Part shown: positions 26,909 to 35,132 of the stretch, piece by piece
Numbering within the stretch: position 1 is the stretch's first letter
Layout of the letters: every line of letters starts with the position of its first letter
DNA from: Bdellovibrionales bacterium
Lineage (GTDB): Bacteria > Bdellovibrionota > Bdellovibrionia > Bdellovibrionales > UBA1609
Assembly (NCBI GenBank): GCA_965242515.1
Contig: OZ251448.1
Coordinates: forward strand, 163,117-227,116
Length of the DNA stretch: 64,000 bases
Reading direction: 5' to 3'
Translations under genes and position numbers: made by a program
The notes under the pieces: generated by a model
Database searches by the model: none
What the model saw: the letters and a program-made list of their open reading frames with translations, nothing else
What the model was told of the DNA's origin: nothing

Positions 26909-29230
26909 ATGACACCTATGATGAAGCAGTATTGGCACATTAAATCTTCACACCGGGATAAAATTTTGTTTTTCCGTATGGGAGATTTTTACGAAATGTT
27001 TGATAAAGATGCGGAAATTGCTGCCCCTATTTTAAATATCGTTCTTACTTGTAGAAACAAAAAATCACAAAAAGCGGTAAAAATGTGTGGCTTGCCCTAC
27101 CATAGTATAGCTGGACCTATAAGTAAGTTATTGCAAGCAGGGTTAAAAGTGGCAATATGTGACCAAATAGGGTCTGTGACCCTTTCTAAAGCTCCTATGG
27201 AGCGTAAAGTTACTCGCGTGCTGACCCCTGGTATGGTGTACGACCCAGAAAGTTTAGATAGTTTAAAGGCACATTACTTGTGTGCTTTTGATAAGCAGTA
27301 TGTTTCGTTTGCGGATATTTCTACAGGGGAAGCATTTTTTTATCCTCTATCAGATACAAAAAAGCAACAACAAATTATCCACTTATTGCATCCTGCAGAA
27401 TTGGTATTAAGTAGTGTGCAGAAAGAACAATCTTTTAACCGCAAGGCGGAGTGTCGTGTGCCTATCAGTGTACACGATAGTGTCAATCTACAGCATACAA
27501 CTGCTTGTGTGAAAACAGACACCCCTTTAAGTGCTAAACGGATACTATCTTATGTGGGTTTAAGTCAGGGTCAGAAAGTAGCACAGCTTATTCGCCCTTT
27601 TCAAAAAAAAGTTTTAGAAAAAACTTTAATCTTTTCTCCTCAAACTTTAGAGCATTTAGAGATTTTTAAAAACCACAAGGGTTTGGCAAAAGATACTTTA
27701 TTTTTTACCATTAATCGCACACAAACTCCCTGTGGTGCAAGAATGTTACGCTCGCGGTTAAGTCAGCCTTCTACAAATAAAGCAGAGATAGAACATAGAT
27801 GGCACCAAGTACAACAATGGATAAAACACGAAAGAGAGCTTAAGCAAATTCGCACCTTGCTTTTTAAAGTAGGGGATATAGAAAGACGTTTAGGTAAGAT
27901 CTCTCACAACCAATTTTTAGCTCAAGATTTATTATTACTTGCTGAATCGTTAAAAGCTGGGTGTGAAGTTATTTCTTTATATGCAAAAACTTTTGGTAAA
28001 ACCACTGAGGATCATACTGTAGCTTACAATTTAGCTCATCGTATAGCTTCCACTATTCGTTCAGATGTGCCAATAGCTAGTCCACTTTCTGGTGGGTCGT
28101 TTATTAAAGAAGGTGTATCGGTTGCATTGGATGATCTTATTCAAGAAGTTCATCGTCAGCACACTCTTTTGCGTCAGTTAGAAAGTCAGGAGCAACAAGA
28201 AACAGGTATTTCTTCTTTAAAAATTAGGTACAATAATGTTTTTGGCTATTACATTGAAGTCACTAAAGTGCATGTTAAAAAAGTTCCTGACCGCTACATT
28301 CGAAAACAAACCTTAACACAAGCAGAGCGGTACACCACAGAGAAATTACAAGTTATTGAAGGGCAGGTGCTGTCAGCTGGAGCTCGGTTGAAAGAAATGG
28401 AAAAACACATTTTAGAAAAGCTATGTGAGGATATATTGCAACACTTACCCGATTTATTTTATTTGTGTCAGGTTGTATGCGAGATAGATGTATCCACAGC
28501 TTGTGCATGGCTTGCTATTGAAAAGTCTTATGTAAAACCAGAATTTTCAAAAGATAATACATTACTATTAGTGAACAATCGTCACCCTGTGGTTGAGAGA
28601 AAACAAGCCACCCCTTTTGTACCCAATACCATACAATTAAATAAGGGTGAGTGTTTGCTTTTGACGGGTCCTAATATGGCAGGTAAAAGTACCCTTATGC
28701 GTCAGGTGGCGTTAAGTGTTGTGATGGCACAAGCGGGGTGTTTTGTGCCAGCACAAAAAGCATGTCTACCTATTTTTACTCAGTTATTTACACGGATTGG
28801 AGCTTACGATTCTTTATCTCTTGGGCTTTCTACTTTTATGGTAGAAATGAAAGAATCAGCACACATTTTACAACATGCTGATGAACACTCTTTAGTACTG
28901 CTAGATGAAATAGGTAGAGGGACTTCGACTTATGATGGGATGAGTTTAGCCCAAGCCATATTAGAGCATTTAGTGACAGAAAAAAAATGCCTTACTTTTT
29001 TTGCCACTCATTATAGGGAATTGACCGTAATGTCTAACGAACTGTCGGCTGTGCGTAATGCTTATTTAAGTGTGAAAGAAAGTAAAGGGAGTGTGGATTT
29101 TCTTTATACTTTAACAGCAGGGGTAGGGCAAGGTTCTTATGGGGTGCATGTGGCAGCAAAAGCTGGTGTGCCAACTGCTGTGGTCAAAAGGGCAGAGGAA
29201 TTATTAGCTCAAAGAGAAACTTCAGGATGA
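26909..29230 (+). CDS. mutS: DNA mismatch repair protein MutS
   Basis: The start is set at MTPMMKQYWHIKS (canonical MutS N-terminus); the track ORF opens at GTG 26837. FFRMGDFYEMF, Walker A GPNMAGKST, STFMVEM and DEIGRGTSTYDG are present. Confidence 0.95.
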   Translation: MTPMMKQYWHIKSSHRDKILFFRMGDFYEMFDKDAEIAAPILNIVLTCRNKKSQKAVKMCGLPYHSIAGPISKLLQAGLKVAICDQIGSVTLSKAPMERKVTRVLTPGMVYDPESLDSLKAHYLCAFDKQYVSFADISTGEAFFYPLSDTKKQQQIIHLLHPAELVLSSVQKEQSFNRKAECRVPISVHDSVNLQHTTACVKTDTPLSAKRILSYVGLSQGQKVAQLIRPFQKKVLEKTLIFSPQTLEHLEIFKNHKGLAKDTLFFTINRTQTPCGARMLRSRLSQPSTNKAEIEHRWHQVQQWIKHERELKQIRTLLFKVGDIERRLGKISHNQFLAQDLLLLAESLKAGCEVISLYAKTFGKTTEDHTVAYNLAHRIASTIRSDVPIASPLSGGSFIKEGVSVALDDLIQEVHRQHTLLRQLESQEQQETGISSLKIRYNNVFGYYIEVTKVHVKKVPDRYIRKQTLTQAERYTTEKLQVIEGQVLSAGARLKEMEKHILEKLCEDILQHLPDLFYLCQVVCEIDVSTACAWLAIEKSYVKPEFSKDNTLLLVNNRHPVVERKQATPFVPNTIQLNKGECLLLTGPNMAGKSTLMRQVALSVVMAQAGCFVPAQKACLPIFTQLFTRIGAYDSLSLGLSTFMVEMKESAHILQHADEHSLVLLDEIGRGTSTYDGMSLAQAILEHLVTEKKCLTFFATHYRELTVMSNELSAVRNAYLSVKESKGSVDFLYTLTAGVGQGSYGVHVAAKAGVPTAVVKRAEELLAQRETSG

Positions 29231-30618
29231 GATTTTTTCTTCATAAAGAGCAACAAGCATCCTAACACCACTAATATTGAGCCTATGTATTTCCATACTC
29301 GCCCGGGATCTTTGTTAATAGCTAAGATAGAAGCTTGTGGCAAACCATGGCTATCTTCTTCAAAACCTGATTGATAAATGGTGTAGCCTGATTGTTTTAA
29401 AGGTTCATTCATAGAGATGGTGTGTGTTTTACTCTGTTGGTTTTTATCGTGTTGGTTTTTATCACTATTGTTTGTAATCACCACCGTGCTTTCATAAGAA
29501 AGTGCTTTTTGACTAGCAGGGTATTTTTTAATTTTAAATTCTTTTAACTGAATATTGAAGCCCAGCTTTTTTTTATCGTTGACATAAGCTACGATAAAAA
29601 CTTTATCTTTTTCAAAAAAATATAAGTGAGAGTTAAGCCCCATCCACGAGCTTTGGTTTTTAAAGTTTATTTGGATGGCAGAAGTGGTGTTTTCGCTCAC
29701 ACGCTTTTGTGGGGTAAAAACCATATCCGGCACAGCCTTTGGCAAGTAAGATAGAACACGAAATTGTAAATCCATCCAACCTGTAGCCAGTACAGAACCC
29801 ACCTTTAACCTACCAGTGGTGGGTTTATCTGACAAAGAATGATGAAGCTTATAATGTAAATACCGGTTATCAAAAGGTGCCATAATTAAAGCATGGGTTT
29901 TTTTTAAAACTTTGTGGTTTTTTAAATCTTTTGTTAAAACCATATATGCCGGACCAAAAACCTTCTTACTTTCTACCTGACTTAGGGGTTTAAAAAGCCA
30001 AGATACAATGTGAGCATTAACCCCTTCTATTTGAAAGCGTACGGCAACACCTCCCCCTTTGCCCTGGGCTTTTTTGTAATGTTCGCGAGTTGTGGCAAAA
30101 GGATAGTAACCTGTTACTTTTAAAATAGATGAACCTAAAGGTATTTTATAAGGCTTATGGAGTGAGGGAGGGTGGCTAAAAAACTTTGCTTTTTTGCGAT
30201 AAAGGGTGGTGAGATTTTGTCCGTTAAAAGAAGAGTACACGGCTAAGTGCACTTCGGAGGTAGTGATGGTGCTTGCACTTTCTCCTAAGGCTATGCGTAC
30301 ATTGCCATCGATGCCGTAATATCTAGTGAGCAAAGCCCCTGTGCATACGAGCAAAATCCCCACATGGGCTGTTAAAAAAGCAATATGTTTTTTACGCCAA
30401 GGTAATCTATCGATCATCACAGCTACAATATTCAAGGCTAAAAGAAATAGCAGGCACACCATCCAAACCGATTGGTAAATAACCTCTTGTGCAATATCTC
30501 TGCCATAAAAGGATTCGTAAAAAGTACCTACAGCAAGTAATATAATGAGTGTGGATAAAATACACACAGCTAAAGTGAGGGAGCAAAAAAACCGATAAAT
30601 GTAAATAATAAATGTCAA
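29209..30618 (-). CDS. cytochrome c biogenesis protein ResB/Ccs1 family
   Basis: 469 aa with N-terminal TM helices and the ResB-like start (LAVCILSTLIILLAVGTFYES..., DRLPWRKKHI). A large periplasmic loop and a C-terminal TM helix follow. The 3' end overlaps the mutS 3' end convergently by 22 nt. No ccsA/resC gene is adjacent. Confidence 0.75.
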   Translation of the reverse strand: MTFIIYIYRFFCSLTLAVCILSTLIILLAVGTFYESFYGRDIAQEVIYQSVWMVCLLFLLALNIVAVMIDRLPWRKKHIAFLTAHVGILLVCTGALLTRYYGIDGNVRIALGESASTITTSEVHLAVYSSFNGQNLTTLYRKKAKFFSHPPSLHKPYKIPLGSSILKVTGYYPFATTREHYKKAQGKGGGVAVRFQIEGVNAHIVSWLFKPLSQVESKKVFGPAYMVLTKDLKNHKVLKKTHALIMAPFDNRYLHYKLHHSLSDKPTTGRLKVGSVLATGWMDLQFRVLSYLPKAVPDMVFTPQKRVSENTTSAIQINFKNQSSWMGLNSHLYFFEKDKVFIVAYVNDKKKLGFNIQLKEFKIKKYPASQKALSYESTVVITNNSDKNQHDKNQQSKTHTISMNEPLKQSGYTIYQSGFEEDSHGLPQASILAINKDPGRVWKYIGSILVVLGCLLLFMKKKSHPEVSL

Positions 30619-30630
30619 CTTCTTATTCTG

Positions 30631-30993
30631 CTAGAACTTTACTTTAGAGCGACACCAGATTTTTGTACTCTTGGGGGTGTAAATGCCCAGTGTGAAAAGG
30701 GCAAACAATAAGTTTTCTACTAACCAGACTTTTTTTGTTTTTACCACCACCCCATCCATACAAGCTTTTTGTAAATCGGCTTTATCTAATTTAATTAAGC
30801 CCAGTAAGAGATAATGACCGTGGTGGGTGAACGAAGTTGTAAGCCCTAACTTTTGATGTTTGAGTTGTGGGGGGGGGGGTAAGGATGGGGTGGTAGCACA
30901 AGATAGTGGTAGACAGCACAAAAAAAGGATGTTGCAACACCAAAAAAGTATGTTGCAGAATTTGTTTGTTTTCATTATTATTTTGAGATACAT
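30631..30993 (-). CDS. Bor-family outer-membrane lipoprotein
   Basis: Lipobox LPLSC, then ...THHGHYLLLGLIKLDKADLQKACMDGVVVKTK...FTLGIYTPKSTKIWC. This parallels the lambda Bor pattern (HHFFVSGIGQ...ICGG...GIYTP...VYC). The probable start is ATG 30975. It contains a C11 tract. Confidence 0.7.
   Translation of the reverse strand: MYLKIIMKTNKFCNILFWCCNILFLCCLPLSCATTPSLPPPPQLKHQKLGLTTSFTHHGHYLLLGLIKLDKADLQKACMDGVVVKTKKVWLVENLLFALFTLGIYTPKSTKIWCRSKVKF
30869..30879 (-). repeat. homopolymeric C11 (G11 on + strand) inside Bor-like lipoprotein ORF
   Basis: Counted directly: tgagttgtGGGGGGGGGGGtaagg. On the coding strand it reads TTA CCC CCC CCC CCA CAA (L-PPPP-Q). Confidence 0.95.
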
Positions 30994-31007
30994 CTTTAAA
31001 ACAAGAG

Positions 31008-32390
31008 GTGCAAGTGTTGAGTTTAGAAAATTTGCAAAAAAGTGTTTATATTTCTACTTACGGTTGCCAGATGAATGTGCATGATACAGAAAGAATGTAC
31101 AGTTTACTGGAACAATTGAATTATGCTCCAGCGGTGGATGCAAGCCAGGCAGAGCTTATCATTATCAACTCTTGCTCCGTTCGCGAAAAACCTGTGCATA
31201 AGGTTCTCTCTGAAATAGGACGCTACCGCCCGCTAAAAGAAAAAAAACCTCATTTAAAAATTGGAGTGGCAGGCTGTGTGGCTCAACAAGAAAAGCAAAA
31301 GCTTTTTAAAACCACCCCCTTATTGGATTTTGTGTTCGGGCCAGACGCCATTGATGACCTGCCTCATATTGTGGCTCGTTTAGAGCAAGGGGAAAAGCAA
31401 TTTAATCAAACAAAATTCACCCATTCGAAGCCTTATCATATACAAACTTTAATCAGAAACCCTGGGGTGTCGGCATTTGTCAATATTATGAAGGGTTGTG
31501 ATAATTTTTGCACCTTTTGTGTGGTGCCTTTTACAAGAGGGCGAGAAAGAAGCCGTGATTTGCAAAGTATTTGTGAAGATGTGAGTAAGCTTACCCGTAG
31601 GGGTGTTTGTGAAGTTACTTTGTTAGGGCAAAATGTGAACTCTTATCGCTCGCAAGGGGGTGCGGATTTTGGTCAGCTACTGGTTGCCTTGTGCGAAAAG
31701 ACCTCTATTCAGCGTATCCGTTTTACCTCTCCTCACCCTAAAGATTTTAACGAAGAGTTGATTGATATTATGCAAACACATAGAGATAAAATTATGACGG
31801 CAGTGCATTTACCCGCTCAATCGGGCAACACCCGTATTTTAAAGGATATGAATAGAGGCTATACCAGAACACAATATATAGAAAAAGCTCATAGTATTTT
31901 ACAGGGTTTTAAAGGTTCGGTGCTTTCTACAGATATGATTGTGGGCTTTCCGTCAGAAACGCAAAAAGAGTTTGAAGACACATTAAGCCTGTTAGATGAA
32001 GTGCCTTTTGAACACCTCTACTCTTTTAAATACTCCCCAAGGCCCTTTACAAAAGCCGCTCTGTTTAAAAACCAAATCCCAGAGCCAGAAAAAGCCCGCC
32101 GCTTAAAAATATTAAATAAAAAACACAATAAACTTGCTTTTTTGCGATCTAAGTGGTATAAAGATAAAACTGTGGACATATTAGTAGAAAATAAAGACAC
32201 AAAAACACAACATATTGTAGGGCGATCGGCACAAAATAAGTTGGTGTATTTTCCGGGTTCTCACACATTATTTAACGCTTTAAAAGGTAAAATAGTGCCT
32301 GTAAAAATCACTAAAGCTTACCCTTTAACTTTATATGGTACTGTACATAAAGAAGGTGTAACGGCAAATGCAACAGGAGGGCTTGCATAG
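31008..32390 (+). CDS. miaB: tRNA-2-methylthio-N6-dimethylallyladenosine synthase
   Basis: The UPF0004 N-domain (YISTYGCQMNVHDTE), the radical-SAM CDNFCTFCVVP motif and a C-terminal TRAM domain are present. The start is GTG 31008, or the nearby GTG 31014 or TTG 31017. Confidence 0.93.
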   Translation: MQVLSLENLQKSVYISTYGCQMNVHDTERMYSLLEQLNYAPAVDASQAELIIINSCSVREKPVHKVLSEIGRYRPLKEKKPHLKIGVAGCVAQQEKQKLFKTTPLLDFVFGPDAIDDLPHIVARLEQGEKQFNQTKFTHSKPYHIQTLIRNPGVSAFVNIMKGCDNFCTFCVVPFTRGRERSRDLQSICEDVSKLTRRGVCEVTLLGQNVNSYRSQGGADFGQLLVALCEKTSIQRIRFTSPHPKDFNEELIDIMQTHRDKIMTAVHLPAQSGNTRILKDMNRGYTRTQYIEKAHSILQGFKGSVLSTDMIVGFPSETQKEFEDTLSLLDEVPFEHLYSFKYSPRPFTKAALFKNQIPEPEKARRLKILNKKHNKLAFLRSKWYKDKTVDILVENKDTKTQHIVGRSAQNKLVYFPGSHTLFNALKGKIVPVKITKAYPLTLYGTVHKEGVTANATGGLA

Positions 32391-33145
32391 TGGGCAGACC
32401 CATTGATGAGCTAACCCCTAAAGAGCTGGCTCAATTAAAAATTTTTATAGAAACATATTTGCGAAAAGCTTTAAAAGATGTGTCTTTTAGTGCAAAAGAT
32501 AGTACAAAAGATAGTACAGCAGATAGTGCTTCTGCAAGTTTGCTTAAAGCAAAAAATACCCTACAGTTACCTGACAATACCTCCATAGACAATCCCTCCA
32601 TAACAGACAGCTTGCGTAAGCATACTAAGCAACCGCATTCTATGATGAGCAAAGTTTTGAGAAAAAAAATGGAACAAGAAGCTGAAAAACAAAAACAAGC
32701 TACATGGTTAGAGGTTATCCCTCATGGTTTAGTAGGTGGTATGATCCCTAATATATGCATTATGGTGTTTAGAGAAAAAACAAGTTCTAATAGTTTTGCG
32801 GTACCTATGTCTTCAGTGCAAGCAAAAATTATTATCAATCAAGGCTCAAAAAAAGGTGATCCTTTTCGTTTTATTAAAGAACTATTACGAGCGTTAAATT
32901 TACGAATTAATGAGTGTTATTTGCAACAAGAAAAAAAGCAAATTCTTGCTAGAGTGGTTATTAAAGATAGTAACGATTCGGTTGTGCAATCACTCCAATT
33001 ACCTGCCGGGGATATTATCCCATGTGCTATGTATATTGGTTGTAGTTTTTACTGCACAAAACAATTTATAAAAGCTATGTTGGATCAAGAAATAGATGTG
33101 CGTTTATCAGATTTACCTTCTAAAAAACCTCTCTATTTAAATTAA
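32390..33145 (+). CDS. bifunctional-nuclease (DUF151/BFN)-like domain protein
   Basis: GTG start abutting the miaB stop. The C-terminal ~130 aa (ICIMVFREK..FAVPMSSVQAKIII...DPFRFIKELLRALNLRINECYL...ARVVIKD...LPAGDIIPCAMYIGCSFYC) fit the BFN-domain pattern. The N-terminal half is low complexity (KDSTKDSTADSA repeats). Confidence 0.45.
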   Translation: MGRPIDELTPKELAQLKIFIETYLRKALKDVSFSAKDSTKDSTADSASASLLKAKNTLQLPDNTSIDNPSITDSLRKHTKQPHSMMSKVLRKKMEQEAEKQKQATWLEVIPHGLVGGMIPNICIMVFREKTSSNSFAVPMSSVQAKIIINQGSKKGDPFRFIKELLRALNLRINECYLQQEKKQILARVVIKDSNDSVVQSLQLPAGDIIPCAMYIGCSFYCTKQFIKAMLDQEIDVRLSDLPSKKPLYLN

Positions 33146-33163
33146 TTTTTTTTTTTTTAAATA

Positions 33164-34678
33164 ATGAAAGATGGGCAAACAAAAATGCGAAAAGCAAAAG
33201 CTGGCGTGCTAGAGCTTTTACAAGAAAAAGGTCTTACTTTTGATGATGTGTTGATACTGCCTGCTTATTCTGAAGTGCTACCCTCTCAAGTGTCAACAAA
33301 AGTATCTTTAACCAATAACTTAGTGCTTAACACACCTATTTTGTCAGCGGCTATGGACACGGTGACAGAGCATAAAATGGCTCAAGTGATGGCACAAGTT
33401 GGTGGTTTGGGGATTATTCACAAAAATATGAGCATTAAAAGTCAATGCTATGAAGTTCAAAAGGTTAAAAAATACGAAAGTGGGATGATTTTAGACCCTA
33501 TTACCTTAGAGCCTGACACCCCTGTGTACTCAGCCGTTGAATTGATGAAACAACATTTTATTAGCGGAGTGCCTATTACTAAAAATGGGAAGTTAGAGGG
33601 TATTTTAACCCACAGAGACTTACGCTTTGAAACAAATATGAACCAACCCGTATCGGCTATTATGACTGCACGAGATAAACTTGTGACCGCTAAAGAGGGT
33701 GTGAGTTTAACATCTGCCAAGCAGATTTTACACAAATACCGTATTGAGAAATTACCTGTAGTGGATAGCCAAGGCTCTTTAAAAGGTCTTATTACCATTA
33801 AGGATATTGAAAAATCCACGGCCTTTCCCCATGCGACAAAAGATGCTTTTGGACGCTTATTTGTAGGTGCAGCTGTCGGAGTGCAAGAAAAAGACAAACC
33901 AAGAGTGCATCAGCTAGTAAGTGCTCAAGTGGATTTATTGTGTGTAGATACAGCTCACGGGCATTCTAAGGGGGTGTTAGATAGGGTGGCTTTTATAAAG
34001 GCGACATACCCTAATGTGATTATTATGGCTGGTAATGTGGCAACAGCTGAAGGGGCTTTGGCACTGGCAAGGGCAGGGGCTGATATTATTAAGGTGGGAA
34101 TGGGCTCTGGTAGTATTTGTACTACGAGGGTGGTATCAGGGGTGGGAGTACCCCAAGTAAGTGCTATTTTACATTGCTTGCAAGCTTTGGAAAAAAACAA
34201 ACTCTCTCAAACTATAGTGGCTGATGGGGGGTTAAGGCATTCTGGCGATATAGCCAAAGCCATTGCCTTAGGAGCTAGTGCTGTTATGGTGGGTAATATG
34301 TTGGCTGGCTCGGAAGAAAGCCCCGGAGAAACCATACTCTACCGTGGGCGGACCTATAAAGCCTATAGAGGTATGGGAAGCCTCGGAGCTATGAAAAAAG
34401 GCTCTAAAGACAGATACCGCCAAGAAGGAGTTTTTTTCACCGATAAAATGGTGCCAGAAGGTGTGGAAGGTCGTGTGCCTTATAGAGGGCAGGTTAATAA
34501 AATTTTGCATCAAATGTTGGGCGGACTCAAAGCCGGTATGGGCTATATAGGTGCAAAAAATATTAGTGATTTTCAAGAGAAAGCACAATTTATTAAAGTA
34601 AGTTCTAGGAGTTATTTGGAATCGCACATCCATGGTATTAGCATTACGAAGGAAGCTCCTAATTACCGCTTAGAGTAA
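33164..34678 (+). CDS. guaB: IMP dehydrogenase
   Basis: [10 protein letters not shown], a tandem CBS insert, catalytic [22 protein letters not shown] and GSLGAM. Confidence 0.97.
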   Translation: MKDGQTKMRKAKAGVLELLQEKGLTFDDVLILPAYSEVLPSQVSTKVSLTNNLVLNTPILSAAMDTVTEHKMAQVMAQVGGLGIIHKNMSIKSQCYEVQKVKKYESGMILDPITLEPDTPVYSAVELMKQHFISGVPITKNGKLEGILTHRDLRFETNMNQPVSAIMTARDKLVTAKEGVSLTSAKQILHKYRIEKLPVVDSQGSLKGLITIKDIEKSTAFPHATKDAFGRLFVGAAVGVQEKDKPRVHQLVSAQVDLLCVDTAHGHSKGVLDRVAFIKATYPNVIIMAGNVATAEGALALARAGADIIKVGMGSGSICTTRVVSGVGVPQVSAILHCLQALEKNKLSQTIVADGGLRHSGDIAKAIALGASAVMVGNMLAGSEESPGETILYRGRTYKAYRGMGSLGAMKKGSKDRYRQEGVFFTDKMVPEGVEGRVPYRGQVNKILHQMLGGLKAGMGYIGAKNISDFQEKAQFIKVSSRSYLESHIHGISITKEAPNYRLE

Positions 34679-34693
34679 AACTTTCTTTTTTTT

Positions 34694-34935
34694 AGGTGAA
34701 CAAACTTAAAGCTCAAAAGCTTATACCTGCGGTTTGTTACTTGCTTTGCGGGGAAAAACCGAGCTTAAAATCTTAGGACTCCGCGTTTTGCTACAAAGCG
34801 TTAAGCCTTGTGGGCTTACCGCATTGTATCAAAGCCGATACTGGTTTTGAGCATGGTTTTTTCACTTACATTAACAGAAAGTATTTATTATAGGTAGTAA
34901 TAGAAAAGAGAATGGTTGGTTGGCACTGCCGTAAA
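34694..34935. repeat. composite repeat: truncated + full A-module hairpin element and L2 linker
   Basis: A truncated copy lies at 34694-34747. The full copy at 34748-34867 runs from GGGGAAAAACCGAGCTTAAAA... to ...TTTTGAGCATGGTTTTTTCAC, with inverted ends. The L2 linker at 34884-34933 (..AGAGAATGGTTGGTTGGCACTGCC) matches the reverse complement of 60041-60092. Confidence 0.7.
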
Positions 34936-34970
34936 AATCACTTTAGAGCAATAAATAACCCCCCCTTTGG

Positions 34971-34987
34971 GGGTGTAAATATTACAT
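34971..34987. promoter_or_regulatory. GGG-TGTAAA-N-TTTACA-type palindromic box
   Basis: GGGTGTAAATATTACAT; the core TGTAAA-T-ATTACA at 34974-34986 is centred 153 nt upstream of ATG 35133. Confidence 0.4.
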
Positions 34988-35132
34988 GGAGGCAGGGTTA
35001 TGTATTGCTTTTTAAGCTGATTTTGAATAAATATTTTTAAAAAAGTTTAAAAACCTTTTAAAAATTTTAAGAATAATAAGAAATTATTATTTTTAAAGTG
35101 GATAATTAAGGTAGAATAATAAGGAGATTAGA

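Noticed and set aside
34920-34945. TGGCAC (and GGCAC-N-TTGC at 47514-47524) suggesting sigma-54 -24/-12 promoters upstream of HEAT genes
   Set aside because: The spacing between the GG and GC elements is wrong (about 7 nt instead of 10), or the TTGC element is missing. TGGCAC at 34.9 kb belongs to the L2 repeat module, which also occurs at 60.05 kb.
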